Part shown: positions 45,636 through 55,276 of the stretch, piece after piece | How positions within the stretch are numbered: position 1 is the first letter of the stretch | Layout: each line of letters begins with the position of its first letter | IMG/VR virus record: IMGVR_UViG_3300021408_000002 | Location: 6,249 to 70,248 of that record | Direction: 5' to 3' (one strand) | Source: a virus | Lineage: Duplodnaviria; Caudoviricetes | Length of the DNA stretch: 64,000 bases | Program-made: the position numbers and the translations under genes | Notes under the pieces: generated by a model | Told to the model about the DNA's origin: nothing | What the model saw: only the letters and a program-made list of their open reading frames with translations | The model's database searches: none

Positions 45636-46427
45636 TCAGGTAACCGTAGCCCTAACGCTGTGGAGTGGGTTGAACGCGACGAAGGCTTTGCGTTCCCAGA
45701 TGCTGAGCAGCGTGTTCGTTTCCCGGTCGAGATGTCCGTCACCGGTGACGAGCATCGGGTCGGTCATCGAATAGGCGAGCGCGCCGGTGGCGAACAGGTG
45801 GTTGTCGAGCCCGTGGCCGGAATCGGAGATGACTCGGTGTCCGGCGGGCGAAGACAGTTCGCCGTCGCGCAGGAACACCGCGCTGTGGTCAAACGCGGCG
45901 GCGAGGAGACGCAGCGGCACGAAGATGTGGCCGCGGGCGTTGGCGATCCGATCCCCGAGCCCGTTCTCGATCAACCCCATCGCGTCGGCGATGTCGGTAC
46001 CGGCGCCGAGCAACGTCGAGTCGTCGAGAAGGTTGAGGTGGTCGGGGGTGATCTGGGTGGTGATCGCGAGAGTCAGCGCCGCCGAACGCGTGAACTCTTC
46101 GTCGGCGAGCAACATGGCGTTGATTTCCGGCATGTCGAGACCGCCGATGCTGGAGCATTGCAGCATGTCGTATGACGAGAACGGCATCTGTTCGACGGTG
46201 TCGAGGTTGATTTCGCGGGTGTCGATCGCCTCCTCCGTTTCGCAGTCCACCGCCACCGCGTTCGGGGTGTACGGGCCGCGGACAATCCATTTCGCTCCGA
46301 AGCCGGTCCGGTCGACGTCCTCTCGGACCACATCCACCTCTTCGACGATCTGAGTGAATAGGCCCCATGGGCGCAGCTCGAGGCGCGGCAGTGCGATCTC
46401 GGCACCCATGTTGCTCACGGTCGGCAT
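45636..46427 (-). CDS. Second capsid protein (pentamer-type)
   Basis: Immediately after MCP; ELRPWGLF N-motif; mycobacteriophage cluster-B-like layout. Confidence 0.65.
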   Translation of the reverse strand: MPTVSNMGAEIALPRLELRPWGLFTQIVEEVDVVREDVDRTGFGAKWIVRGPYTPNAVAVDCETEEAIDTREINLDTVEQMPFSSYDMLQCSSIGGLDMPEINAMLLADEEFTRSAALTLAITTQITPDHLNLLDDSTLLGAGTDIADAMGLIENGLGDRIANARGHIFVPLRLLAAAFDHSAVFLRDGELSSPAGHRVISDSGHGLDNHLFATGALAYSMTDPMLVTGDGHLDRETNTLLSIWERKAFVAFNPLHSVRATVT

Positions 46428-46501
46428 GTCGGTCTCCTAAACGTCAAGAAGCTCCGGCCCCAGTTGGGACCGGAGCCTCATGGTAGATGGTGGGTGGTGG
46501 A

Positions 46502-48238
46502 CTAGGCGGCCTCTTCGCCGTCGCAGTCGATGAGCACATCGGCGATCTGCCGGCCGCTGTGGCACAGACCCTCGAAGTGGAGGATGTGGGCCCGGCACGA
46601 CATCGTGTCGACGACGCCCTCGTAGTTCTCCACGAAGAACGTGAACTGGTTCTTCTTCAGCTCGGTGGTGTCCCGGTAGTAGTTGTTGCCGGTGACGCCG
46701 ATCTGGAGGGCAGCCCGGTCGATCATCGCGTACTTGCCGATGGGGGCGAGCAGGATGTCGGTTTCGGACGGCAGCGGCGACAGGGTGCCGAGCAGTCCGG
46801 CGGACGGGTTGCCGGCGAACGTCAGGTCGGGCGGCGGGGTGCCCCACGAGCCGGTCTCCAGCGTCCATGTCATGTTGATGCCGATGTCGGCGAACCGGGC
46901 GTTGACTTCGGCTTCGGAGGCGATTTGCCATGTCCCGTCGCGGCGGCGACGGGACAGGTCGATGCGCAGCGCGTTGAGCAGCCAGCGGTGCGTCCAGCCG
47001 AGCATCGGCTCGTCGTCCCAGCGCTCCAACTCCCGACGCAGCGTCAGGTAGTTGAGGATCTGGGTCGTGACCGACACCGTCGAGCCGTAGCCGAGGGTCT
47101 GGGCGTTGATCGTGGCGACGCCGGCGCCCATGGCGTCGAGGAGCTGCTGTTCGGCGAGGCGGGCCCGGGAGGCGAGACCACGGTTCAGGAAGGCGGCCAC
47201 CAACTCGGGGTAGGTGAGCGCCGTCCAGTTCTTGATGGTCAAGCACCAGTACACGGCGTACATGAGGAAGTCCTCGGGCGTGCCGCATTCGATGACGTCG
47301 CACGGCTTGACGGCCTCGGGGTCGTCGTCGTCTTCGTGGGTCCAGATCCCGGCCTGCGACACGTCGGACAGCGACGGGGACGACATCGTTGTCACACCAC
47401 CGCGGGGCGCCTGGAAGCCAGGGAGGGAGGCGGCGACGGGCCGGCGCAGCGTGTTCTCGCATGCCAGGCCGTAGTACGGCGTCAGCGGCGCACACAGCGC
47501 GGCGGTGATCTCCTGGTCGAATCCGAGGTTCTCGAGGAGACGCATGTTGGCGATCGGGTCGGCGCCGAGCTGGCGTTCGAGGGGATAGTTCCCTTCGATG
47601 ACGCCGACTTCGAACTTCTCGTTCGTCGACGGGTTGATCCTCGTCGCCCGATCGTGAAGGGCGTGGGCGACCTGATCCCAGCCTTCGAACGAGTCGCCGG
47701 CGGAGAGTCCTGCGACGCCGTCACGGGCGAGGATGATGTCGGGCGTCAGACCGGAGGCCGGGGCCGTCGTCGCGCCGGTGGCCGTGCCGACCGGCGCGGA
47801 CACGGGGGCGAGTTCGGCGGGGGGGGCTACGGCTGGCTCGGTGGGAGTCGACGCGTCGTCGTCTCCATCATCGTCGTCGTCACCCTCGGGCTCCACTTCG
47901 GGCTCGACTGGGTCGCCGTCCTCGGACAGCGTCGCGGCAAGCGCCGCATCCTCGTCGAGGGCGGTGGCTTCACTGAAGATCTCGGCGGCGAGCGTGCTGG
48001 CGCGCTGAGCGTTGGGCCGGAAATCCTCGCCCCGCTCGGCGAGCTGGGCGCGAGCGTAGGTTCGCAGTTCGCGGACCAGCGTGCGCAGTTCCGCACTTGT
48101 CAGGACCGAGCGATCTTCGGGAATCGTGGGAAAGTCGACCGGACCGTCACCACCGGCGATGACCGGCAGGATCGTGCCGTCGGCGAACACCCAGGTGTTG
48201 CTCTTGCGAATCGGGTTGAGATCGATGGTGTGGTCCAC
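46502..48238 (-). CDS. Major capsid (hexamer-type) protein with N-terminal scaffold/acidic linker
   Basis: LCAP...RPV..SLP.F.A.RGG; KPC..IEC; TYPELV; AGGAGG RBS. Confidence 0.85.
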   Translation of the reverse strand: MDHTIDLNPIRKSNTWVFADGTILPVIAGGDGPVDFPTIPEDRSVLTSAELRTLVRELRTYARAQLAERGEDFRPNAQRASTLAAEIFSEATALDEDAALAATLSEDGDPVEPEVEPEGDDDDDGDDDASTPTEPAVAPPAELAPVSAPVGTATGATTAPASGLTPDIILARDGVAGLSAGDSFEGWDQVAHALHDRATRINPSTNEKFEVGVIEGNYPLERQLGADPIANMRLLENLGFDQEITAALCAPLTPYYGLACENTLRRPVAASLPGFQAPRGGVTTMSSPSLSDVSQAGIWTHEDDDDPEAVKPCDVIECGTPEDFLMYAVYWCLTIKNWTALTYPELVAAFLNRGLASRARLAEQQLLDAMGAGVATINAQTLGYGSTVSVTTQILNYLTLRRELERWDDEPMLGWTHRWLLNALRIDLSRRRRDGTWQIASEAEVNARFADIGINMTWTLETGSWGTPPPDLTFAGNPSAGLLGTLSPLPSETDILLAPIGKYAMIDRAALQIGVTGNNYYRDTTELKKNQFTFFVENYEGVVDTMSCRAHILHFEGLCHSGRQIADVLIDCDGEEAA

Positions 48239-48268
48239 TGGCGCCTCCTGGGCGTGTCGTCGAGGTTG

Positions 48269-49726
48269 TTACGAATCGTTGCCGCTTGCGAGCGCCATAG
48301 GCAACTCGCTGTCCATCTCGTCGAGTTCGTCGAGGTCGAGTTCGATGGCGAGTACATCGGCCTCGACATCGTCGTCGATCTCCGCTTCGGCTGTGGAGGT
48401 ATCGCTGGTCAGTTCGGCGGCGAGCGCCTGGCGGGAGCGCACCATGTCGTTGATGCTTGCGCCGGCCAGCGTCAGGCTGAGGTTGCCGTCGGCCGACGTG
48501 AGCGTCACCGCTTCGGTTGTCTCGGCCGGCGGTTCGAAATCTGGCAGTGGGGCTCGCAGCGAGGCGACGAGTTCCATCACTTCGCCGTCGCGCACGATCG
48601 CCCCGTCATGATCCCAGGAGAGTGTGGAGCCGGGGACGGTGAAGCCTGGGACGTTGACGCAGACGACTGCGGCGAGCGAGTTGTTGCGGCGCCAGTGGCC
48701 GGACTTGCGTGACGCCCGTGCTGCGTACACGGCATCGGGTGTGACGCCGGGGCGGACGCGGCCCGAGCACCAGGGACCAAGCTGACCATTGACGACGCGG
48801 ATATCGCCGACGGCATTCTCGATGCCGCCATACGCCGCCCACCGGTCACCATTGCCGAGTGGCTTCGCGGGGTGTCCGCCGAGGAGGAACACGGGGCCCA
48901 CCTCGACCATGCCGCGATCGGTGAGCACGCCGGGAGCGTGGAACTCGCTGTAGTCGTTCGGGCGCGGCGCGAGCACGCAACGATCCTCGATACCTTCGTG
49001 GCATTCGCCCCACCGCGCGAGGTGGCCGAACATGCGGCCTTCGCCATCGAGTGTGAACGGCGTGTGCTCCGGGGCCTCGGGGATGTGGAAGTCGGCGTAG
49101 GGAACCGTCGCTTCGGTGTTCACCGCGGCGGCGGCGGTCACCTCGTCGTTGATGCCTTCGAGGTGGAAGCTGTACTCGCCGAAGTTGACCTCGAGTTCGG
49201 AGTCACTGGTCATCAGCGCGGCGGTGACTTCGTTGTCGAGCAAGACGCGGGCATCGGCGAACGCGGGGACGCCGACGAGGGTGCTCGCCGCGATGTTCCA
49301 CTTCGTGAACACCAGGCTGTACTCCCAGAAGTCGGGGGAGCTGGGATCGTCGGACTTCCAGCGGATCTCGTAGTCGACGTCGGCGAGGTCAACAGAGTTG
49401 TGGAAGAGGGTCTTCGTGACGATCAGCGGCACGAACGTGTCGCGGACGTGCGGCAGGTCGACGAGCCAGGCACGGCCCGACACGTTGCCGTCGTCGTCCA
49501 TCGTCACTTCCTGGAGTGAGCCGATCGGCACGGAGCCGCTGTGGCCGCCGGACTGGGCGAACTGGGCGTACAGCGTGCGGGGAAGTTCACGCACGCCGCT
49601 GCCGCCAGATTCGAAGAGTCGGCCGTCGCCGGTCTCGGTGTCCATCAGCATGAGCTGAGGGAATCGTGCGGCACGCAACATGCCTTCGGGCTTGTCGGTG
49701 CTGAACTGTCCAAACGTCCGCTTCAT
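48269..49726 (-). CDS. Capsid maturation protease
   Basis: Between portal and MCP; GHLARWGECHEG...VGPV...GGH. Confidence 0.7.
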   Translation of the reverse strand: MKRTFGQFSTDKPEGMLRAARFPQLMLMDTETGDGRLFESGGSGVRELPRTLYAQFAQSGGHSGSVPIGSLQEVTMDDDGNVSGRAWLVDLPHVRDTFVPLIVTKTLFHNSVDLADVDYEIRWKSDDPSSPDFWEYSLVFTKWNIAASTLVGVPAFADARVLLDNEVTAALMTSDSELEVNFGEYSFHLEGINDEVTAAAAVNTEATVPYADFHIPEAPEHTPFTLDGEGRMFGHLARWGECHEGIEDRCVLAPRPNDYSEFHAPGVLTDRGMVEVGPVFLLGGHPAKPLGNGDRWAAYGGIENAVGDIRVVNGQLGPWCSGRVRPGVTPDAVYAARASRKSGHWRRNNSLAAVVCVNVPGFTVPGSTLSWDHDGAIVRDGEVMELVASLRAPLPDFEPPAETTEAVTLTSADGNLSLTLAGASINDMVRSRQALAAELTSDTSTAEAEIDDDVEADVLAIELDLDELDEMDSELPMALASGNDS

Positions 49727-49784
49727 CGTCGTCTCCTCTGGGTCTGGCGCGATGCTAGGACGCCGGTGCGCTCAAAGGCGACTG

Positions 49785-51353
49785 TCAGATCGGCTTCTGC
49801 GGTGCCGGAGTGTCGTCTTCACTGTCGTCGGGGCTTCCAGGATCGCCTTCGCCGGGGCCGCTCGGGGCGTCGCCGGCGGGCTTGTCGGCGATGCGGCCGG
49901 TGGTGCGCGGGGCGAGGGCGGGATCCTCCCAGTCGATGCCGTCCCATTCGGGTGTGCCGTAGGTGGCGAGCTTCGGGATGCGCAATGTTTGGCCGAGCCA
50001 ACGGACGTATTCGGCACCAGCGAGCGCGTCGGCGTCGGTGAAGCCGGCGGCTTTGAGGAGCGACAGCATCTTGATGCCGCCGCGGTCGCGGATCTGTCCG
50101 GCGTCGGCGGTGCGGTTCGCTTTGACGGATGCTTCATCGAGGTTGTACCAGACGCCGATGCGGTTGGCGTCGGCCTTCGGATCGTCCTGCTGGATGGCGG
50201 GCCGGAGGATGAGTCGGTTCGCAGTCCAGCAGAGTGCTTCGACGTCGGGAATGACGGCGAGCCGCAGCTCGTCCGCAGTGCTCGACCAACTTCCCCAGTG
50301 TGAGACGTCTTCGTTGCCTTGCGTGGATTGGGCGTTGATGTCGAGGCCGAAGAGGATGCGGTCGATGAGTTCGCCGCGCAGCTTCAGGTCGGTTTCGAAG
50401 ATCTGGCGGTCCATCGTGATGTGCTCGACGACTTTGCCGACTTCGGCTTCGCCCATCATGAGGATCGGGAGGATCGCTGTGATGTCGTCGGAGTTTTCGG
50501 CGTTGACGGTGTTCTCTTTCATGATCTCGTAGATCACGTTGAGAACGGAGGTGCCTTGCTTCGTGGCGTGCTTGTTGCCGATGGCGTCGCGGACCTTGTT
50601 CGAGAAGTACAGGAGACCGGCGGTAGCGAACCGGGATTTGAGGGCGGCCCGCATCGAACGGGTCATGGTGTCGAGCATGTCGCATTGGATGTCGAGTGCT
50701 TCGAGCGGGGATTCGGGGACGTCGAGCCATTGGTGCGATGGCATCCACACCCGGCCGAGGTAGTCCTTCTGGGCGATGGTGCGTTCGAAGGCGTGGGTGT
50801 TGTTGCCGAGTGTCGGCATGGTCCGCAGCTTCAGCTTGCCGCTGTTGCCTTCGATCTGGAGGCCGGTGGCGACGTCGCGTCCGTCGGATAGTTCTTTCGA
50901 TGAGGCGAACAGGTAGCCGTCGGTTTCTTTGCCTTCGCTCCAACGGATCAGGTGGGATTCGCCGGGGACTTTCATCTGGACGAAGTAACGTTCGATCAAT
51001 CCGCGGACGCCGCCAACGCGAGAGTAGATCCCTGAGACGACGTCGGCAGCCAGGCCGTTCTCGATTTCGGATTCGACGGTGACGCCGTCGGGGGCGAAGC
51101 GGACGGCGCGCAACTTGGCGTAGCCGGCGATCTTCGCGGCACGGGTCAACGCGTAATGAACCTCGCCGATCTCCTTGAACCATTTCCATGACGAATTGGC
51201 GTACACCCGGTCGCGGAGCAGCACGGTCGACAGCCGGTCGCGGGCGGTCTGGTTCCGCAGGTTCAATCGTTCGGCGGCGAGGACTTGGACGCCGTCGACG
51301 GACTGCTCGTGTCCGCGCTGCGGGCGGTCGATGGTGGCTGTTTGGATCGTCAT
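49785..51353 (-). CDS. Portal protein
   Basis: SWKWFKEIGEVHYAL; 522 aa; upstream of protease. Confidence 0.8.
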   Translation of the reverse strand: MTIQTATIDRPQRGHEQSVDGVQVLAAERLNLRNQTARDRLSTVLLRDRVYANSSWKWFKEIGEVHYALTRAAKIAGYAKLRAVRFAPDGVTVESEIENGLAADVVSGIYSRVGGVRGLIERYFVQMKVPGESHLIRWSEGKETDGYLFASSKELSDGRDVATGLQIEGNSGKLKLRTMPTLGNNTHAFERTIAQKDYLGRVWMPSHQWLDVPESPLEALDIQCDMLDTMTRSMRAALKSRFATAGLLYFSNKVRDAIGNKHATKQGTSVLNVIYEIMKENTVNAENSDDITAILPILMMGEAEVGKVVEHITMDRQIFETDLKLRGELIDRILFGLDINAQSTQGNEDVSHWGSWSSTADELRLAVIPDVEALCWTANRLILRPAIQQDDPKADANRIGVWYNLDEASVKANRTADAGQIRDRGGIKMLSLLKAAGFTDADALAGAEYVRWLGQTLRIPKLATYGTPEWDGIDWEDPALAPRTTGRIADKPAGDAPSGPGEGDPGSPDDSEDDTPAPQKPI

Positions 51354-51358
51354 AGTGC

Positions 51359-51829
51359 TCAGGAGGCCTTCTGCGCATGGTAGTCGCGGACGAACTCCAG
51401 AGACGAGGACGCCTCGCCGGGGGTGAGGGCCATGTCGATCGTGAAAGCATTCAAGCCGGCACGTTGACGTTCGTCGGCGAGCAACAGCTCGTACAGTTCC
51501 GGGAACAGATGCCGAAGTTTCCTCGACGCCCGGTCGGCGCATCCGGCGACAATCCGGCGATGCTCGCGCACTTCGGGCCTCTTGCGGTCGCGTGCCCGGG
51601 CTCGAGCGCGTTGGGCGCGGACGCCGGGTTTGCGTTTCGAGATGTTGGTGCGCAACACGATCTTCTCGCGGCCGGCGACGACGGTCATGATGGGGTCGAG
51701 GATCTCGGCGGCGTGTTGACGGAAGCACTCGGCGCAGTGAGACTGGGTCTTGTAGGCAACGAAATCAAGGACTGGCTCGCCGCACTTGACGCAAGCGGAG
51801 TAGCCGAAGATGGCATCGTGGTTCGACAT
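51359..51829 (-). CDS. Zn-ribbon hypothetical protein
   Basis: CVKC...HCAEC. Confidence 0.6.
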   Translation of the reverse strand: MSNHDAIFGYSACVKCGEPVLDFVAYKTQSHCAECFRQHAAEILDPIMTVVAGREKIVLRTNISKRKPGVRAQRARARARDRKRPEVREHRRIVAGCADRASRKLRHLFPELYELLLADERQRAGLNAFTIDMALTPGEASSSLEFVRDYHAQKAS

Positions 51830-52079
51830 GGCAACGAATACTAAGACCGAAGTGGCTGAACAGATCCTCGACGAACTGAGTCGAACGGTCCTTGTGGTCG
51901 GCGCCCTACTCGACGACGTCTTCAAAGATGCCTCGGACTTCGAAGCGTGGGTCGAAGACAACCTGCCGATACAGCCGCGAACCGCGGAACGCGTCCGCGC
52001 GATGGCATTGCTTTACCAGTTTCGCGAAGGCCACCCCGAACTTCCCCCCGCGTGGTCCGCGTTGTGGTCGCTGGGCTGA
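51828..52079 (+). CDS. Small protein, DUF3102-like (weak)
   Basis: FEAWVEDNL..QPRTAERVRAMA. Confidence 0.55.
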   Translation: MATNTKTEVAEQILDELSRTVLVVGALLDDVFKDASDFEAWVEDNLPIQPRTAERVRAMALLYQFREGHPELPPAWSALWSLG

Positions 52080-52084
52080 TGTTC

Positions 52085-52440
52085 GCCTGGCACATCTGAT
52101 CCCAACTTCAAGAGGGTTCAGAGGTGGGGGCGCGGAAGGGCCGTGCGAGACGGCTCCTTCACGCGTGCTCCAACTCCAAGATGGGACGTCGGCGTACGGG
52201 CATCAGGACCCCTGGGGCATTTCCGCTTGCCAGGCACCGCGGCGCAATCTCCTCATCACCCCCAGGCAAATCATGGGGCACGCGGACGACAGGCGGTGTG
52301 TGTTGCCGTCGCGATGAAGGTTCTTGTCGGTATACGTCTCGCCGACTCTGACGGCCCCCTTGTAGTAAGGCACATCCGCCTGCCTTGGCTGGATGGGGGG
52401 GCACCTCTCAATCTGTTCTGACGACCCCTCAAGCACGGGG
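52085..52440. ncRNA. Candidate structured non-coding RNA
   Basis: Gene-free region with nested helices 52085-92/52228-35, 52095-100/52202-07, hairpin 52130-66, 52211-17/52260-66 and further hairpins. Confidence 0.4.
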
Positions 52441-52460
52441 GGCATGTATCTGGAGGGTGA

Positions 52461-53003
52461 CTAGATGCGTCCGGCTGCCCGCCTCCGATCGTTGGCCTGA
52501 CGGAGCAAGTTCCGCTCGCTTGCCAGAGACTTCGCAGCCTTGGCCTTTTTGCTGACCTCGCGCCGCTTCGCCGAACGAAGCTCGTCCCGGATCGCCTTCT
52601 GGTAGGCGTTCATCTTCGGCCGATCCTTCCGGCCGGCTGAAGCTCTTCGCAGGTCGCCGTAACAGGGCGCATGTTCTCGCTTGGAGCGCGCAGGTTGGAC
52701 TTTACCGGCAGTCAAGATTGGGGCCAGAGCGATGATCTGGTCAGTGGCCGCGGCAAGACTGACGTGCTTCGCCAGTTGATGAACTGCCGTGTGGTGGCCT
52801 TCGCAGAGAGTGCGGAGATCCTCCATGAGCTCATCACCGAACCGTTCGTAGCTTCGATGGTGAACGTGCAGCTTCAATCCAACACCACAGGCTTCACAGA
52901 CCGGGCTGAGGGCCAGCTTCGCGTGACGTTTCGTCCGCCACGCCTTCGAGAGGATGTACTTCTCGTACGTGACGGCCCGGCCTCTTGTGCGGCGTCCGCT
53001 CAT
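52461..53003 (-). CDS. HNH endonuclease
   Basis: YILSKAWRTKR...CEACG...LHVHHRSY...DLRTLCEGHH. Confidence 0.85.
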   Translation of the reverse strand: MSGRRTRGRAVTYEKYILSKAWRTKRHAKLALSPVCEACGVGLKLHVHHRSYERFGDELMEDLRTLCEGHHTAVHQLAKHVSLAAATDQIIALAPILTAGKVQPARSKREHAPCYGDLRRASAGRKDRPKMNAYQKAIRDELRSAKRREVSKKAKAAKSLASERNLLRQANDRRRAAGRI

Positions 53004-53108
53004 GAGATATGCTGAGACCGTTCATTCATAGCAGGACGAACTGTACGCCCCCCGCAGCGGCCTCGTCAAGAGGCGGCCGGGGGGTTTGTACGTTCTACGC
53101 CAAGGCTC

Positions 53109-53357
53109 CTATGGTCGGTGGAGCGCGATTCCTCGCGTGGAATTCTGGGATCTTTCCTTCGTCTTCGCGCGGGCGGCTGCGAGTTCCCGGTGCCGTTCGA
53201 TGATGATCGTGAACGCCCGGTTCCGGGTGACCGGGTCGTCGGGGGTGGTGAGTTCTTCGGCGACGCGGGTGACGTAGTCGATGATGTCGTTCGACATCCA
53301 CACCGTGATCGCCCTCGAGGTCGGTACGGCGTATCCGTTGGGTGCGGGGGTTTCCAT
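53109..53357 (-). CDS. Small hypothetical protein
   Basis: TAACAT-N8-ATG; divergent from WhiB. Confidence 0.5.
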   Translation of the reverse strand: METPAPNGYAVPTSRAITVWMSNDIIDYVTRVAEELTTPDDPVTRNRAFTIIIERHRELAAARAKTKERSQNSTRGIALHRP

Positions 53358-53426
53358 AGTCTTACATGTTAGGCCGGCGGTATGCCCCTCTTGCGAACGC
53401 GTCGACAGGTCGCTAACATGTCAGGC

Positions 53427-53822
53427 GTGCCCCTCGCCGTCCTAGCCGACACTTCGTGGATGACGTCTGCTTCGTGCGCCGGCCAGTGGGACTTGATGTT
53501 CCCCGACGAAGAACGCCAAGGCGACCAGGAATGGGCCATCGCGCAAGCCAAACAGATCTGTGCCGCCTGCCCTGTCCAACCCGACTGCCTCGACTGGGCC
53601 CTCCATCTTCCCTCACCGATCAAAGGCGGAGTCGTCGCCGGACTCAACGAACGCGAACTCCTCATCGCCCGCCGCCCATACGCCCAAGAGCGACGGACCA
53701 ACAATGCCCCGCGCTGCGGAACGGGCCCCGCCTACCGCCGCCACCTCGAGCGCGGGGAGCAGTGCGCAATATGCCTGGCCGCCAACGCGCAACGGAAGAA
53801 CCATGGCAAAGCGACCGGCTAA
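53427..53822 (+). CDS. WhiB-family transcription factor with C-terminal Cys/His motif
   Basis: ASC...MFP...AKQICAACPVQPDCLDWAL...GGVVAGL; CGT..AYRRH...C..C. Confidence 0.9.
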   Translation: MPLAVLADTSWMTSASCAGQWDLMFPDEERQGDQEWAIAQAKQICAACPVQPDCLDWALHLPSPIKGGVVAGLNERELLIARRPYAQERRTNNAPRCGTGPAYRRHLERGEQCAICLAANAQRKNHGKATG

Positions 53823-54058
53823 GAAATCGACGGCCGCACGAGGCCCATCCCGTCAAGCCGCGAACCCGACCGGGCTCCCAACCTGCGAAGCGGACTGCAC
53901 GCGGCCGTCGATTGTCTTCCATCAATGGAAGTGGTGGTGCGACCGACATGACCCCGGCGCCCGCCCAGCCGCGAACTGTGATCACTCACTCTGCTCCATG
54001 ATCCACGGCGCGATGACGTGCAGTTTCTGTGGCGGAATCTTGGATGGAATGGAATGAC

Positions 54059-54310
54059 ATGAACAACCAGGCTCAGATGACCGCCGGACGGCGGCTATGG
54101 CAGGCGATGCTGACCGAACAACTCCACGGCAACCGCGAGGCTGCCACAGCACTGATGGGGACCGCCACCGACGTCATCGAACTGTTCGCCGCCCTCAACA
54201 TCTCGGTCGTCGCGATCGCCCAGATGTTGAAGATGGCGATCCCGCACGAGGAGACCCGCAACGACTTCCTTGCCCGCTTCATGACATCCTTCGAGGCCAC
54301 GAATGGCTGA
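54059..54310 (+). CDS. Small hypothetical protein
   Basis: Overlap-coupled to VRR-NUC gene. Confidence 0.55.
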   Translation: MNNQAQMTAGRRLWQAMLTEQLHGNREAATALMGTATDVIELFAALNISVVAIAQMLKMAIPHEETRNDFLARFMTSFEATNG

Positions 54311-54641
54311 CCGGCCGACCGAAGCTGAATGTCAGCGCACCATCATCGAAGCCGCCATGACGCTCGGCTACCGCGTCCATCATTCTCGCCCCGCCCAGTC
54401 CGGCAAAGGCTGGCGGACCCCGATCGCTGGACACGCCGGGTTCCCGGATCTCGTCATCGTCGGCCATCGACACGCCTTCTTCATCGAGCTGAAGCGCAAA
54501 CCCAACAAGCTCGATGACGCTCAGCAAGGATGGCTCGACGCCCTCCAAGAAGCTGGACTCGCGGCCGGTGTGTGGTGGGTGCCTGAAGAACAGCAAACCC
54601 TCATCGACTCCCTCCAACGCGCCGCGATGCGCTACCCCTGA
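54303..54641 (+). CDS. VRR-NUC domain nuclease
   Basis: GFPDLVIV...FFIELKR...QQGWLDAL. Confidence 0.88.
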   Translation: MADRPTEAECQRTIIEAAMTLGYRVHHSRPAQSGKGWRTPIAGHAGFPDLVIVGHRHAFFIELKRKPNKLDDAQQGWLDALQEAGLAAGVWWVPEEQQTLIDSLQRAAMRYP

Positions 54642-54655
54642 CCTAAAGGAACCTC

Positions 54656-55276
54656 ATGAGACCGAACTATGTCTACGTCGCCAGCTCGTGGCGCAACGAA
54701 TTCCAGGCCGGAGTGTGCGCCGCGCTAAAAGCCGCGGGCATCGATCACTACGACTTCAAGAACCCCGAAGGCGGCACCGGGTTCTCATGGAAGGAAGTCA
54801 AGACCGATGTCGACAGCATCGTGTTCTGCGAGCACTGCGCGCTCACCATCAAGCATTCAACGTTCGCTGGTCTCGGATTCTGGGAGCCCGACTGGAACCC
54901 GTCTGATGATCCGCAGATCTGGCGTCATGTCGTCACTGGTTACGGCTCGTGCTTCCTCGGCAACAACAAGTTCGCCTCACCATCCAAGGGTTCCGACTGG
55001 GAGGAAGTCGATAAGTACCTCCGCATGATCGAGCACCCTCGTGCGCTCGAAGGGTTTGCCGCCGACTTCGCCGCAATGGAGCAGGCCGACACGTTCGTGC
55101 TTGTACTGCCGTGCGGCAAGTCGGCGCACCTCGAACTCGGCTGGGCGGTCGGCGCCGGCAAGCGCACCGCCATCCTACTCGAAGACCCAGTGGAGCCCGA
55201 GCTGATGTACAAGATGTGCGACTACCTCGCGCCGACGCTCATCAATCTCCTGGGCTGGTTGGGAGTGGAGGATTGA
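54656..55276 (+). CDS. Nucleoside 2-deoxyribosyltransferase-like protein with Cys-bearing insert
   Basis: YVASSWRN; DFAAMEQADTFVLVLPCGKSAHLELGWAVG. Confidence 0.8.
   Translation: MRPNYVYVASSWRNEFQAGVCAALKAAGIDHYDFKNPEGGTGFSWKEVKTDVDSIVFCEHCALTIKHSTFAGLGFWEPDWNPSDDPQIWRHVVTGYGSCFLGNNKFASPSKGSDWEEVDKYLRMIEHPRALEGFAADFAAMEQADTFVLVLPCGKSAHLELGWAVGAGKRTAILLEDPVEPELMYKMCDYLAPTLINLLGWLGVED

Noticed and set aside
46487-48712. 741-aa + strand ORF opposite the major capsid gene
   Set aside because: Shadow ORF with no recognisable motifs; codon-aligned antisense frames are often stop-free at this GC.
52085-52440. Identification as tmRNA, group I/II intron or hammerhead
   Set aside because: No tRNA-like ends, no domain-V or P7 consensus, no complete CUGAnGA...GAAA core; kept only as an unassigned candidate ncRNA.
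3074-53425. CCTGACATG/TGACATG motif near several gene starts (3074, 22931, 45632, 53417) as an operator
   Set aside because: Most 7-mer copies are TGAC-ATG junctions or parts of TAACAT -10 boxes, and the count is near chance. Four 9-mer copies are suggestive but not sufficient.
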